A stretch of DNA of 64,000 nucleotides, taken from assembly GCA_958295695.1 (NCBI GenBank), contig OY282363.1, forward strand, positions 1,113,156 to 1,177,155. The letters run 5' to 3'. This DNA is from an uncultured Alphaproteobacteria bacterium (GTDB taxonomy: Bacteria > Pseudomonadota > Alphaproteobacteria > SP197). The translations under genes were made by a program, and so were the position numbers. Positions 1 to 10,384 of the stretch are shown here, one piece after another. Within the stretch, counting starts at the first letter, position 1, and the number at the start of each line of letters is the position of its first letter. The notes below the pieces were generated by a model, which worked only from the letters and a program-made list of their open reading frames with translations, did no database searches and had not been told where the DNA came from.

Positions 1-2562
1 TTGGAAGAGGGGCAGGTCGTCGGCCAGCCGGACGAGCGCGCTGCCCTGCTCGCCGGATTCGACGATGCGGAGCACCTCCTCGGCGCGCTCGACCGCGGCG
101 GACGGCAGGCCCGCCAGCCGGGCGACATGGATGCCGTAGCTGCGGTCGGCGGCGCCGGCGCCGACCTCGTAGAGGAAGACGATGTTGTCGCGCCACTCCT
201 TGACCCGCATGGTGTGGGGCTCCAGTCCGTCGAGCCGGGCCGCGAGCGCGGTGAGTTCGTGATAGTGGGTGGCGAAGAGCGCGCGGCAGCGGTTCGTCTC
301 GTGCAGGTGCTCCAGCGTCGCCCAGGCGATCGAGAGGCCGTCGAAGGTCGCCGTGCCGCGGCCGATCTCGTCGAGGATGACGAGCGAGCGGTCGGTCGCC
401 TGGTTCAGGATCGCCGCCGTCTCGACCATCTCGACCATGAAGGTGGAGCGCCCGCGCGCGAGGTCGTCGGCCGCGCCGACGCGGCTGAACAGGCGGTCGA
501 CCGCGCCGATCGTCGCGCTCGCCGCGGGCACGAAGCTGCCGGCCTGCGCCATCACGGCGATGAGGGCGTTCTGGCGCAGGAAGGTCGACTTGCCCGCCAT
601 GTTGGGCCCGGTGAGAAGCCACAGGCGGCCGTCGTCCTCCAGGAGGCAGTCGTTGGCGACGAAAGTTTGTCCGGAGGCCGGGTCGGCCAGCGCCTCGACC
701 ACCGGGTGGCGGCCTCCGGCGATCCGGAAATCGAGGCCCGCCGTGACGGCCGGCCGGGCGTAACCGCGTTCCGAGGCGAGCTCGGCGAGCCCGGCGGCGA
801 CGTCGATCGCCGCCAGGGCGGCGGCGACGGCCGCGACCTGTCGACCGGCATCGAGCGCTTCCGTCACGAGGCGCTCGAAGATCTCCAGCTCCTGGGCCGT
901 CGCGCGGTCGGCGGCGCGCGCGATCCCGGCTTCGAGTTCGCCCAGCTCCACGGTGGTGAAGCGCATGGCGTTCGCCATGGTCTGGCGGTGGATGAAGACC
1001 TCCCGGTCGAGCTTGCCGGCGTGCGCCGGCGCGGTCTCGACGTAGTAGCCCAGCACATGGTTGTGCCGCACCTTGAGCGAGGCGACGCCGGTCTCGTCCT
1101 GGTAGCGCGTCTGCAACCCCGCGATGTGGCGGCGGCTGTCGTCGCGCAGGGTCCTGGCCTCGTCGAGCCCGGCCGCGTAGCCGGCGCGCACGAACCCGCC
1201 GTCCCGGGCGACGAGCGGGGGTTCGTCGATCAGCGCCCGGTCGAGATGGCCGGCCGGTTCCGGCGCGATGTCGAGGGCGTCGGCGGCGCGCGCCAGCTCG
1301 TGCGGCAGGTCCGCCACGCCGGCGAGCCGCCGCGCCAGGGCGACGCCGGCCTTCAGTCCCTCGCGGACCGAGACCAGGTCGCGCGGTCCGCCGCGGCCCA
1401 GGGCGAGACGGCCCAAGGCCCTCTCCAGGTCGGGCGTCCGGGCGAGCCCGGCGCGCAGGTCGTCGCGCAGCGCGCGGTCGCCGGCCAGCGCGTCGACCGC
1501 GTCGAGGCGTTCGGCGATGGCGGCGGGATCGGTCAGGGGCGCGGCCAGCCTCTGGCCCAGCAGGCGCGCCCCCGCGCCGGTCACCGTGCGGTCCATCACG
1601 CCCAGCAGGCTCGCCTTGCGGGCGCCGTCGAGCGCCTGCGCGAGCTCCAGGTTGCGCCGGGTCGCCGCGTCGATCGCCATGGTCTCCCAGGCGGCCTGGC
1701 GGCGCGGCGGGGCCAGCCGCGGAACGCGCCCCTTCTGGGTCAGCTCGACATAGGCGACGAGTCCTCCCATGGCGGCGAGCTCGCCGCGCCCGAAACCGCC
1801 GAAGGCGTCGAGCGAGGCGACGCCGAAGAGCTCCCGCAGCCGGCGCTCCCCGGCGCGGCTGTCGAAGCGCGCGGCCGCCTCGGGCGTCAGCCGCTCCCGC
1901 AGCGAGGCGAGCGCCTCGCCGAGCGAGGCGTCGTCGAGCAGGGTCTCCGGCAGCACGAGCTCGGCCGGCGCGACGCGCTCCAGCAGCGCGGGCAGTCCGG
2001 CGAGGTCGACCGGCTCGACCGCGAAAGCGCCGGTCGACAATTCGATCCAGGCCACGGCCATCTCCTCCCGGGCGCGGGCCAGCGCGGCCAGATGGTTCGA
2101 CCGCCGGGCGTCGAGCAGGGCGTCCTCGGTGATCGTGCCGGGCGTGACGATGCGGATGACGTCGCGCTCGACGACCGTCTTCGGTCCCCGCCTCCTGGCT
2201 TCGGCCGGGTCCTCCGTCTGCTCGCAGATGGCGACCTTGAAGCCCGCGCGGATCAGGCGCTGCAGATAGCTTTCCGCGGAATGGACCGGCACGCCGCACA
2301 TCGGCACGTCCTCGCCCAGGTGCCTGCCGCGCTTGGTGAGCGCGATGTCGAGCGTGGCGGCGGCCTTCGCGGCGTCGTCGAAGAAGAGCTCGTAGAAGTC
2401 TCCCATGCGGAAGAACAGCAGGGCCTCGGGGTATTCCCGCCGGATCCGCCAGTACTGCGCTATCATCGGACTCGTCCCGCCCGCGTCCGCGCGCGCGGAC
2501 GCCTTCGCGGCCCCGTCCCGCGGCGCGGCCCCGCGCGTCTGTGTGGCGGCGTCCTCGGACAC
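1..2562 (-). CDS. mutS: DNA mismatch repair protein MutS (C-terminus truncated by window edge; N-terminus at high coordinate)
   Basis: Minus-strand translation gives ...[37 protein letters not shown]... and the Walker A motif [14 protein letters not shown] around 560-600. GTG at 2562 or ATG at 2466 are possible starts. Not in the ORF track because the ORF is open at the edge. Confidence 0.9.
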   Translation of the reverse strand, partial: MSEDAATQTRGAAPRDGAAKASARADAGGTSPMIAQYWRIRREYPEALLFFRMGDFYELFFDDAAKAAATLDIALTKRGRHLGEDVPMCGVPVHSAESYLQRLIRAGFKVAICEQTEDPAEARRRGPKTVVERDVIRIVTPGTITEDALLDARRSNHLAALARAREEMAVAWIELSTGAFAVEPVDLAGLPALLERVAPAELVLPETLLDDASLGEALASLRERLTPEAAARFDSRAGERRLRELFGVASLDAFGGFGRGELAAMGGLVAYVELTQKGRVPRLAPPRRQAAWETMAIDAATRRNLELAQALDGARKASLLGVMDRTVTGAGARLLGQRLAAPLTDPAAIAERLDAVDALAGDRALRDDLRAGLARTPDLERALGRLALGRGGPRDLVSVREGLKAGVALARRLAGVADLPHELARAADALDIAPEPAGHLDRALIDEPPLVARDGGFVRAGYAAGLDEARTLRDDSRRHIAGLQTRYQDETGVASLKVRHNHVLGYYVETAPAHAGKLDREVFIHRQTMANAMRFTTVELGELEAGIARAADRATAQELEIFERLVTEALDAGRQVAAVAAALAAIDVAAGLAELASERGYARPAVTAGLDFRIAGGRHPVVEALADPASGQTFVANDCLLEDDGRLWLLTGPNMAGKSTFLRQNALIAVMAQAGSFVPAASATIGAVDRLFSRVGAADDLARGRSTFMVEMVETAAILNQATDRSLVILDEIGRGTATFDGLSIAWATLEHLHETNRCRALFATHYHELTALAARLDGLEPHTMRVKEWRDNIVFLYEVGAGAADRSYGIHVARLAGLPSAAVERAEEVLRIVESGEQGSALVRLADDLPLFQ

Positions 2563-2606
2563 GTCGTCTCGTCCCTGCCGGGTTCCGATCCGCCCGGATC
2601 CTAGAG

Positions 2607-2654
2607 CATTGTCCCGGCGTCTTGAACCGGGAGCGGCGGCGGTCCCCGAGCCCT
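2607..2654. repeat. ~48-bp dispersed intergenic repeat, copy A (core TTGAACCGGGAGCGGCG) in the mutS/maeB divergent region
   Basis: See copy B. Lies between the mutS start (2562) and the maeB start (2735). Confidence 0.5.
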
Positions 2655-2734
2655 CCGGCCCGTCGGCAAGTTCGCTTTGACGCCGGCGGGCGTCCGGCTA
2701 CGCTTGGCGCACCACGCGGCGCGGGAACGACGGC

Positions 2735-4993
2735 ATGTCAGACCAGGTCAAGGTGAGCGACGCCGAAGCGCTCCGTTTCCATGCCGAGGGGCGACCCGGA
2801 AAGCTCGCCATCGCCCCGACCAAGCCGCTCGACACCGCCCGCGACCTCTCGCTCGCCTATTCGCCGGGCGTGGCGGCGCCCTGCCTGGAGATCCACCGGG
2901 ATCCCAGTCTCGCGTTCGACTACACGTCGCGCGGCAACATCGTGGCGATCGTGTCGAACGGAAGCGCGGTCCTGGGGCTCGGAAACCTGGGCGCCCTGGG
3001 CGCCAAGCCGGTCATGGAAGGCAAGGCCGTGCTGTTCAAGCGTTTCGCCGACATCGACGGCATCGACATCGAGATCGACAGCGAGGACGTCGACGAGATC
3101 GTCGACACCGTGCGCCTGATCAGCCCGACCTTCGGCGGCGTGAACCTCGAGGACATCAAGGCGCCGGAATGCTTCGTCATCGAGCAGCGCCTGCGCGAGC
3201 TGGTCGATATCCCGATCTTCCACGACGACCAGCACGGCACCGCGATCATCTGTCTGGCGGGCGTGATCAACGCGCTCGAGATCGCCGGCAAGGACCTCAA
3301 GGACTGCAAGGTCGTGGTCAACGGCGCGGGCGCGGCCGGAGTCGCCTGTCTGGAGCTCGTCAAGGCGCGCGGGCTGCCCCACGACAACGCCGTCCTGTGC
3401 GATTCCAAGGGCGTCGTCCACCGGGACCGCGAGGAGGGCATGAACCAGTGGAAGTCGGCCCACGCGATCGACACCGCGGCCCGCACGCTCGCCGACGCCA
3501 TGGACGGCGCCGACATTTTCCTCGGCGTTTCGGTCAAGGACGCGGTCGGCCCCGACATGGTCGCGTCGATGGCCGACAGGCCGATCGTCTTCGCGATGGC
3601 CAATCCCGACCCCGAGATCATGCCCGAGGACGCCATGGCCGCGCGCGCCGACGCCATCATCGCGACCGGCCGGTCGGACTATCCGAACCAGGTCAACAAC
3701 GTGCTCGGGTTTCCCTACATCTTCCGCGGCGCGCTCGATGTGCGCGCCACGACGATCAACGACGCCATGAAGATCGCCGCGGCCGAGGCGATCGCCGCCC
3801 TCGCGCGCGAGGACGTGCCGGACGAGGTGGCCTCGGCCTACACCAGCGGGTTCCTCCGGTTCGGCCCCGACTACATCATTCCCAAGCCGTTCGATCCCCG
3901 GCTCATCAGCCAGGTGCCGCCGGCCGTCGCCAGGGCGGCCATGGACTCGGGCGTGTCGCGCCGGCCGATCATCGACATGGAAGGCTACCGCGCGCAGCTC
4001 TCGGGGCGGCTGTCCCCGGTCGCGGGCCGCATGTACGAGGTCTTCGAGGCGGCGCGCGCCAAGCAGGCGCGGGTGGTGTTCGCCGAGGGGGAGGAGGAGA
4101 AGACCATACGCGCCGCGGCGCTGTGGCGCGACCAGGGCCTGGGCCAGGCCGTCCTGGTCGGGCGCGAGCGCCGCATCCACGAACGCATGGACTCCCTCGG
4201 CGTGAGCCCGGGCGGCATCGAGGTCGCCAACGCGGCCGACACCGGCGACCGCGACCGCTACGTCGACCTGGTCTACGCCAGGATGCAGCGCCGGGGCGCC
4301 CTGTTGCGCGACTGCCAGCGCTGGATCAGCTTGGACCGCAACGTCTTCGCCGCCGCGATGCTCGCCGCGGGCGACGCCGACGCCATGGTCACGGGCCTCA
4401 CGCGCTCCTATTCCGGGGCGCTGTCCCATGTCCGGCGCGTGCTCGACGCGCGCGAGGGCCACATCGTGTTCGGCATGTCGATCCTGGTGTCGCCCGGCCG
4501 CACGCTGTTCGTCGCCGATTCCACGGTCAATCCGGAGCCGTCCGCGGAAGAGCTGGCCGGCATCGCGTCGCAGGCCGCGGCGAAGACGCGCGCCCTGGGC
4601 GTGGAGCCCCGCGTGGCGCTGATGTCGTTCTCGAATTTCGGCAGCCGGGGCGCCGGGCAGACCGCCAACCTGCGCGGCGCCATCGATATCCTCCGGGCGC
4701 GCGGGGTCGATTTCGAGGTCGACGGGGAAATGGCTCCCGACACCGCGCTCGACGTCGAGGCGCTGGCCTACTATCCGTTCGCCCGGCTGGGCGGTCCGGC
4801 CAACGTGCTCATCATGCCGAACCTCCACACCGCCAACATCTCCTACAAGCTGGTCGAGGCCATGGAAGGGGCCCATGTGATCGGGCCGATCCTGATCGGC
4901 CTCGAGAAGCCGGTGCAGATCGTGCGCCTCGGCGCCACGGTCAACGACCTGTTGAACATGGCCGCGCTGGCCGCGGTCGACGCCGGGAACTGA
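2735..4993 (+). CDS. maeB: NADP-dependent malic enzyme (malic enzyme domain fused to C-terminal phosphotransacetylase-like domain)
   Basis: 752 aa. N-terminus MSDQVKVSDAEALRFHAEGRPGKLAIAPTKPL...AYSPGVAAPC is typical of MaeB. The ~330 aa C-terminal PTA-like domain is present. Confidence 0.9.
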   Translation: MSDQVKVSDAEALRFHAEGRPGKLAIAPTKPLDTARDLSLAYSPGVAAPCLEIHRDPSLAFDYTSRGNIVAIVSNGSAVLGLGNLGALGAKPVMEGKAVLFKRFADIDGIDIEIDSEDVDEIVDTVRLISPTFGGVNLEDIKAPECFVIEQRLRELVDIPIFHDDQHGTAIICLAGVINALEIAGKDLKDCKVVVNGAGAAGVACLELVKARGLPHDNAVLCDSKGVVHRDREEGMNQWKSAHAIDTAARTLADAMDGADIFLGVSVKDAVGPDMVASMADRPIVFAMANPDPEIMPEDAMAARADAIIATGRSDYPNQVNNVLGFPYIFRGALDVRATTINDAMKIAAAEAIAALAREDVPDEVASAYTSGFLRFGPDYIIPKPFDPRLISQVPPAVARAAMDSGVSRRPIIDMEGYRAQLSGRLSPVAGRMYEVFEAARAKQARVVFAEGEEEKTIRAAALWRDQGLGQAVLVGRERRIHERMDSLGVSPGGIEVANAADTGDRDRYVDLVYARMQRRGALLRDCQRWISLDRNVFAAAMLAAGDADAMVTGLTRSYSGALSHVRRVLDAREGHIVFGMSILVSPGRTLFVADSTVNPEPSAEELAGIASQAAAKTRALGVEPRVALMSFSNFGSRGAGQTANLRGAIDILRARGVDFEVDGEMAPDTALDVEALAYYPFARLGGPANVLIMPNLHTANISYKLVEAMEGAHVIGPILIGLEKPVQIVRLGATVNDLLNMAALAAVDAGN

Positions 4994-4996
4994 ACC

Positions 4997-6424
4997 GTGG
5001 CGTGGGCCGGGGGCGCGGGCGGCGGCGTGGCCGCGCGGCGCGCCGTCGGCCGCGTCGGCCTGTGTCTCGCGGCGCCGCTCGTCGGCGTCCAGGCCTTGGT
5101 CTTCGCCGTCATGGCGGCCGCCGGCTGGATCGGGCCGGGCGCGGCGCTCGGCGGGTTCGTCGCGCTGGCGGCGGCGACGGCGGCGGTCCTCCATCCCCTG
5201 GCGCGGAACCTCCAGGCGCTGGACCGCTGGCTGGCCGGGCGCGGGACGCGCGACGCGCCCGAGCCGCCGACGCTCGCGCCGGGGCCGGCCGGCCACGCGC
5301 TGCGGGCGCTCGCCGGCGGCGTCCACGATCTCGTCCGTTCGCGCGGCGAGGCCATCGACCGCCTGACCGCCGAGACCGGGCGCATGCTCGACACCCTGCC
5401 CGATCCCCTGCTGATGCTGGCGCGCGACCGGCGGGTGGTCCGGCTCAACCGGGCCGCGCGCGGCCTGTTCGACGAAGGCGCGATCGGCCGCGACCTCTCG
5501 CGCGTCCTGCGCGACCCGGCGCTCGACGGCGCGGTCGACCGGGTCCTGGCGGGCGACGCCGGATCGAGCGTCGAGGTCGTCCTGCGGACCGGCCGGGTCG
5601 AGCGCGCGTTCGCCGTCGACGTCGCGCCCCTTCCGGTGGGCGGAAACGGCGATCCGGTCGCGATGGCGACGTTCCACGACATCACGGCGATCCGCCGCAC
5701 CGAGCGGATGCGGGTCGATTTCGTGGCCAACGCGAGCCATGAGATCCGCTCGCCTCTGGCGACGCTGATCGGCTGCATCGAGACCCTGCGCGGGCCAGCG
5801 CGCGGCGACGACGAGGCGACGGAGCGTTTCCTCGGGATGATGGACGACCAGGGCCGCCGCATGGAACGGCTGGTGGGCGACCTGCTGTCGCTGTCGCGGA
5901 TCGAGCTCAAGGAGCACGCCCAGCCGACTGGCGAGGTCGACGTCGCCGGCGTCCTCGAACGGCTCCGGACATCGCTGCGGTTCGACGCCGACGAGAGGGA
6001 CATGACGGTCGAGCTCGGCGTCGAGCCCGGTCTCGTCCCCGCGCGCGGGGACGAGGACGAGGTCGAGCAGGCCGTCTACAACCTCCTCTCGAACGCCATC
6101 AAGTACGGTTGCCGCGGGACCGCGGTGCGGGTGTCCGCCGGGAGCGGCGACCGGCCTCCCGACCATCCGCGCGTCGTTCGCGGACCGCTCGTGTGGGTCT
6201 CCGTGACGGACCGCGGGGAGGGGATCGCCGCCCACCACATCCCCCGGCTGACCGAACGGTTCTACAGGGTCGACACCGCGCGCAGCCGCGAGCTGGGCGG
6301 TACGGGCCTGGGCCTCGCCATCGTGAAGCACGTGGTGAACCGCCACCGGGGCGAGCTCCACATCGACAGCCGGGCCGGCGAGGGATCGACCTTCACGATC
6401 TGGCTCCCGGCCGCGGAGCGTTGA
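4997..6424 (+). CDS. PAS-domain sensor histidine kinase (PhoR-like), orphan (no adjacent response regulator)
   Basis: HisKA H-box HEIRSPLATLIGCIETL and HATPase G-box GTGLGLAIVKHVV are present. The N-terminus has hydrophobic TM segments. The true start may be internal (around 5110). Confidence 0.75.
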   Translation: MAWAGGAGGGVAARRAVGRVGLCLAAPLVGVQALVFAVMAAAGWIGPGAALGGFVALAAATAAVLHPLARNLQALDRWLAGRGTRDAPEPPTLAPGPAGHALRALAGGVHDLVRSRGEAIDRLTAETGRMLDTLPDPLLMLARDRRVVRLNRAARGLFDEGAIGRDLSRVLRDPALDGAVDRVLAGDAGSSVEVVLRTGRVERAFAVDVAPLPVGGNGDPVAMATFHDITAIRRTERMRVDFVANASHEIRSPLATLIGCIETLRGPARGDDEATERFLGMMDDQGRRMERLVGDLLSLSRIELKEHAQPTGEVDVAGVLERLRTSLRFDADERDMTVELGVEPGLVPARGDEDEVEQAVYNLLSNAIKYGCRGTAVRVSAGSGDRPPDHPRVVRGPLVWVSVTDRGEGIAAHHIPRLTERFYRVDTARSRELGGTGLGLAIVKHVVNRHRGELHIDSRAGEGSTFTIWLPAAER

Positions 6425-6445
6425 CTCGCCGACGCCCGCCGCGCC

Positions 6446-8155
6446 TCAGCGGAGGAGGTAGAGCTGGCCCAGGGCGACCCTGTCGACCGGCTCGCACCAC
6501 GCGCGTTCGCCGTCGATGAAGACGTCGAAGGTCTGCGGATCGACCCGGATGTCCGGCAGGGCGGCGTTGTGCAGCATGTCGCCCTTGGAGAGGTCGCGGG
6601 TGGGGCCGATGGCCGTCAGCGGCTTGGCCAGCCCGAGGCGGCCGGCGAGGTCCCGCTCGATCGCGCTGGGGTGCGCGAAGGTGGTGGAGATCGCCGGCGG
6701 CGCCGCGCCGACGGCGCCCCAGGCGCCGCGCATCCGCACGGGTTCGGCCGCGCCGACGCTGGCCGCCGCGTCGCCGATGGCGGCCCACGCCGTGAAGCCG
6801 CCCTTGATGACGGTCTGGGGCTTGAGCCCGAAGAAGGCCGGCTTCCAGAGCACGATGTCGGCCATCTTGCCGGGCTCCAGGCTGCCGACCTCGCCGTCGA
6901 TGCCGAACACGCGCGCCGCGTTGATCGTGATCTTGGCGAGATAGCGCAGGATGCGGGCGTTGTCGGCGCCGTCGAACGGCTCCTCGGGGAGGGGCCCGCG
7001 CTGGTCCTTCATCTTGCTCGCGAGCTGCCAGCAGCGCGCCACGACCTCGTTGACGCGCCCCATGCCCATGCTGTCGGAGCCGAACATCGAGATCGCGCCG
7101 ATGTCGTGCAGGATGTCCTCCGCGGCGATGGTCTGGGCGCGGATGCGGCTCTCGGCGAAGGCCACGTCCTCGGGGATGTCCGGCATCAGGTGGTGCACGG
7201 TCATGGTCATGTCGAGGTGTTCGTCGAAGGTGTTGACCGTGAACGGGTTGGTCGGGTTGGTCGAGGACGGCAGGCAGTTCTCCTCGCCGTTGCAGCGGAT
7301 GATGTCCGGCGCGTGGCCGCCGCCGGCGCCCTCGGTGTGGTACATGTGGATCGTGCGCCCGGCGATCGCCGCCATGGTCGATTCGTAGAAGCCGGACTCG
7401 TTCAGCGTGTCGGTGTGGATCTGGACCTGGAAGTCGAGCTCGTCGGCGACGGAAAGCGCGGTGTCGATCGCCGCGGGCGCCGCGCCGTAGTCCTCGTGGA
7501 TCTTCACCCCCAGGATGCCCGAGGCCGCCTGCTCGCGGATGCTCCCGGCGTCGTGGGTGCTGCCGCGGCCCAGGAAGCCGAAGTTCATCGGCATCGCCTC
7601 GACCGCCCGCAGCATGTTGGCCGTGGTCCAGCCGCCGCCCGAATCGATGGCGAAGAGCGGCCCGTGGCCGCCGCCCACCAGCGTCGTGAGGCCGGTCGAC
7701 AGGGCGTGCCGCACCAGGTCCGGCGTCTTGAAGTGGACGTGGACGTCGATGCCGCCGGGGGTGGCGATCAGCGTCTCGCCGTGGGCGACCACGGTCGAGG
7801 GCCCGCACACGAGGGCGGGGTCGACGCCGTCCATGACGTCGGGGTTGCCGGCCTTGCCGATCCCGACGACGCGCCCCTCGCGCACGCCGATGTCGCCCTT
7901 CACGACGCCGATGACGGGGTCGATCACGAGCGCGTTGTGGACGACGAGGTCGAGCGCGCCGTCGGCGTGGCGCTGGGCCGCCCGCATGCCCATCCCGTCC
8001 CGGTAGCTCTTGCCGCCGCCCGTGGCGAGCTCCTCGCCGGGGACCAGCCGGTCCTCGGCGACCTCGGCCAGGAGACTGGTGTCGCCGAGCCGCACCCGGT
8101 CGCCCTCGGTCGGGCCGAACGCCGCCGCGTAGGCGGCGCGGGTCATCTCCGCCAT
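6446..8155 (-). CDS. ureC: urease alpha subunit
   Basis: 569 aa. Conserved active-site ligands are present: [19 protein letters not shown]..., [24 protein letters not shown] (carbamyl-Lys), [47 protein letters not shown]. Confidence 0.95.
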   Translation of the reverse strand: MAEMTRAAYAAAFGPTEGDRVRLGDTSLLAEVAEDRLVPGEELATGGGKSYRDGMGMRAAQRHADGALDLVVHNALVIDPVIGVVKGDIGVREGRVVGIGKAGNPDVMDGVDPALVCGPSTVVAHGETLIATPGGIDVHVHFKTPDLVRHALSTGLTTLVGGGHGPLFAIDSGGGWTTANMLRAVEAMPMNFGFLGRGSTHDAGSIREQAASGILGVKIHEDYGAAPAAIDTALSVADELDFQVQIHTDTLNESGFYESTMAAIAGRTIHMYHTEGAGGGHAPDIIRCNGEENCLPSSTNPTNPFTVNTFDEHLDMTMTVHHLMPDIPEDVAFAESRIRAQTIAAEDILHDIGAISMFGSDSMGMGRVNEVVARCWQLASKMKDQRGPLPEEPFDGADNARILRYLAKITINAARVFGIDGEVGSLEPGKMADIVLWKPAFFGLKPQTVIKGGFTAWAAIGDAAASVGAAEPVRMRGAWGAVGAAPPAISTTFAHPSAIERDLAGRLGLAKPLTAIGPTRDLSKGDMLHNAALPDIRVDPQTFDVFIDGERAWCEPVDRVALGQLYLLR

Positions 8156-8156
8156 G

Positions 8157-8858
8157 TCACGCTCCCCGGAAGCCGCGCGCGCGGGCGCGTTCGAGGGCCG
8201 CGGCCCTGACCCCGGGGTCGTGGATCGACCCCTCGGTCAGCCCGTGGAACCCGCTCACCGCGCCCTCGCCCCCGATCTCGACCAGCGCGACCTCGCGGCT
8301 CTCGCCGGGCTCGAAGCGGCGCGCGGCGCCCGCGGGTACGTCGAGGCGCATGCCGAAGGCGGCGGCGCGGTCGAACTCCAGCGCCGCGTTGGCTTCGAAG
8401 AAGTGGTGGTGGCTCCCGACCTGCACGGGCCGGTCGCCCGTGTTGAGGACCGTGAGCGTCGCCCCGCGCCGGCCCGCGTTCAGCGCCACCGCGCCGTCCG
8501 CCGCGACGACCTCGCCCGGGTGGATGTCGGCGCCGTCGACGGGCGTCTCGCCGCCGGGCCGGACGGGATCGTGCACCGTGATCAGCTTGGCGCCGTCGGG
8601 GAACAGGCCCTCGACCTGGACGACGGGCATCAGGCGGCGCACGCCCGGCATCACGTCGTCGGCGCTCAGGATCGTCGCGCCCCAGGCCGCGAGGTCCGCG
8701 ACCGTCCTGCCCTCCCGCGCGCCCTCCAGCAGGGCGTCGACGATCAGGGCCTGCGCCTCGGGATGGTTGAGCTTCAGCCCCTTCTCCTTCCTGCGCCGCG
8801 CCATTTCGGCGGCGGCGAAGATGACGATCCGCTCCATCTCGGTCGGTGTCAGCATCAT
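8157..8858 (-). CDS. ureAB: urease gamma-beta fused subunit (UreA-UreB fusion)
   Basis: 233 aa. The N-terminal ~100 aa match UreA ([35 protein letters not shown]...). The C-terminal ~130 aa match UreB ([40 protein letters not shown]...[10 protein letters not shown]). There is a 2-nt gap to ureC. Confidence 0.9.
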   Translation of the reverse strand: MMLTPTEMERIVIFAAAEMARRRKEKGLKLNHPEAQALIVDALLEGAREGRTVADLAAWGATILSADDVMPGVRRLMPVVQVEGLFPDGAKLITVHDPVRPGGETPVDGADIHPGEVVAADGAVALNAGRRGATLTVLNTGDRPVQVGSHHHFFEANAALEFDRAAAFGMRLDVPAGAARRFEPGESREVALVEIGGEGAVSGFHGLTEGSIHDPGVRAAALERARARGFRGA

Positions 8859-8909
8859 GGCCGCGGTCCTCCCGTCCGGGGGCGAGGATAGCGGGCGGGG
8901 GAGGGAAAA

Positions 8910-9968
8910 TCAGTCGGCCATGGCGTCTTTCCCACTCGCGCCGGCGGCGCGCGGGGAGGCCCGAGACGCCGCGGTCTTGTCGACGCCCTTGAGGTCGTGG
9001 GCGAAGACCCGGTTGAAACGTTCGAGCTGGTACTCGCCCGCGACCGTCGGTTCGTAGCGCGGCGTCTCGTCCGCCGGCAGGCCCAGGTCGCGCGGGTCGA
9101 TCACGGTGTGGAAGGCCGGGTCGTAGAACACGGCCATCGAGAACCGCTCCCGGCCCGAGCTGTTGACGACGCGGTGCCGGGTCGAGGCGAAACGGTCGTT
9201 CGACCAGCGCGCCAAGAGGTCGCCGACATTGACCAGCAGGGCGCCCTCGACCGGTGGCGCGGCGAGCCATTCGCCCTCCCGGCTCATCACCTGGAGGCCG
9301 CCGAGGCTGTCCTGGCAGACCAGGGTGAGGCAGCCGAAGTCGGTATGCGCGGCCACGCCGAACTGGTCCTTGCCGGCCTCGGCGGGCTGCGGCGGGTAGT
9401 AGATCAACTGCCCCCGCGCCATGGGCTTCTCGAAGTGCGGCGCCAGCGCGTCGGGTTCGAGGCCGAGCCCGACGCAGACGGCGCGCAGGAGCCGGGACGC
9501 GGTGGCGCACCCTTCCCGGTAGAACCCGTCGTAGATGGCCCGGCGCATCCCGGGCTGGCGCGCCGGCCACCGGTTCGGCCCCCGGAACGGCGTGCCCGCG
9601 ACGACCTCGGGGTCGTCGGGATCCAGCTCCAGCCCCCAACTGAAGAGCTCCTTGAGATCGGTCCTGGCGGCGCCGGTCATGCGCGCCTCGCCGAGCCCCA
9701 TCCAGCCGCGGTTGATGTCGTTCACCGCGATCTCGGCCTTCCTCCGTTCGTCCTGGAGGAAGAAGGCGCGGGAGGCCGCGAAGGCCCGCTCGACGGTCCC
9801 GGGCGCGACGCCGTGGTTCCCGACGTAGTAGAAGCCCAGGCCCCGGCAGGCGGCGACGATGGCGTCGGCCGTCCGTTCCAGCGCGCCGGCCTCGCCGGCC
9901 AGCAGCGGGCCGAGGTCGATCGTCGGGATCTCCTCGGCGGTGACCGGTCTGGCGTGGGCGTAGGGCAT
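8910..9968 (-). CDS. 2-oxoglutarate/Fe(II)-dependent oxygenase, IPNS/DIOX_N family
   Basis: ~352 aa starting MPYAHARPVTAEEIPTIDLG, with the GFYYVGNHGV motif and the HTDFGCLTLV...HRV His/Asp/His core. The ORF track extends it artefactually to 10493. Its stop lies 52 bp from the ureAB start on the same strand. Confidence 0.8.
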   Translation of the reverse strand: MPYAHARPVTAEEIPTIDLGPLLAGEAGALERTADAIVAACRGLGFYYVGNHGVAPGTVERAFAASRAFFLQDERRKAEIAVNDINRGWMGLGEARMTGAARTDLKELFSWGLELDPDDPEVVAGTPFRGPNRWPARQPGMRRAIYDGFYREGCATASRLLRAVCVGLGLEPDALAPHFEKPMARGQLIYYPPQPAEAGKDQFGVAAHTDFGCLTLVCQDSLGGLQVMSREGEWLAAPPVEGALLVNVGDLLARWSNDRFASTRHRVVNSSGRERFSMAVFYDPAFHTVIDPRDLGLPADETPRYEPTVAGEYQLERFNRVFAHDLKGVDKTAASRASPRAAGASGKDAMAD

Positions 9969-10262
9969 CGCGGTCTCGCTCGACGCCGCGTCATCATGGC
10001 CCGGCCGCGCCGGGCGTGTGAAGAGGCTTGTTCGACCGTGAAGCGCGGGACGAACCGCGCCGGCGCCGGTCTCGTCCGCGTCGCGGCGTTCCACGAGCCC
10101 GATGGCGGGACCCGCGCGCGTGAACTCGAGCGAGCCTTCGGCGGCCGCCCAGGGCGAGGGGATTTCGGGGCGGGTGTCGGGAGAACGCTCTTCCCCCCAT
10201 CCCGAACAGGCGCGCGGCGCCGTATCGAGGGAGCGCCCTCCTTCGCCCCGCCGCGAAGTTCC

Positions 10263-10291
10263 GGGGGGTTGACGGGGGGGTAGGGGTAGGA
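10263..10291 (+). other. G-quadruplex-forming motif (G6-N5-G7-N2-G4-N2-G2)
   Basis: ggggggttgacgggggggtaggggtagg, in the intergenic region between the 2OG oxygenase gene and the low-GC island. Confidence 0.3.
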
Positions 10292-10384
10292 GACTGCCGA
10301 AGTCCGGTTGGAAGGATCGCGGAAGCATGACGAGGTTGTTTCCCCGCAACGCCCCCCGCGCGTCGGGCTCGGCGGCCCATGGGC

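Noticed and set aside
1-2604. 867-aa plus-strand ORF spanning the window start
   Set aside because: It is antisense to a clearly recognisable mutS (Walker [11 protein letters not shown] and the MutS N-terminus read on the minus strand). Its composition is Arg/Gly/Ala-rich, typical of spurious ORFs in high-GC DNA.
2677-6361. Overlapping 1021-aa (+) and 1207-aa (-) ORFs across maeB and the histidine kinase
   Set aside because: These are alternative frames and antisense of maeB and the HK. They show extreme Arg/Gly/Pro bias and no domain signatures, so they are GC-driven artefacts.
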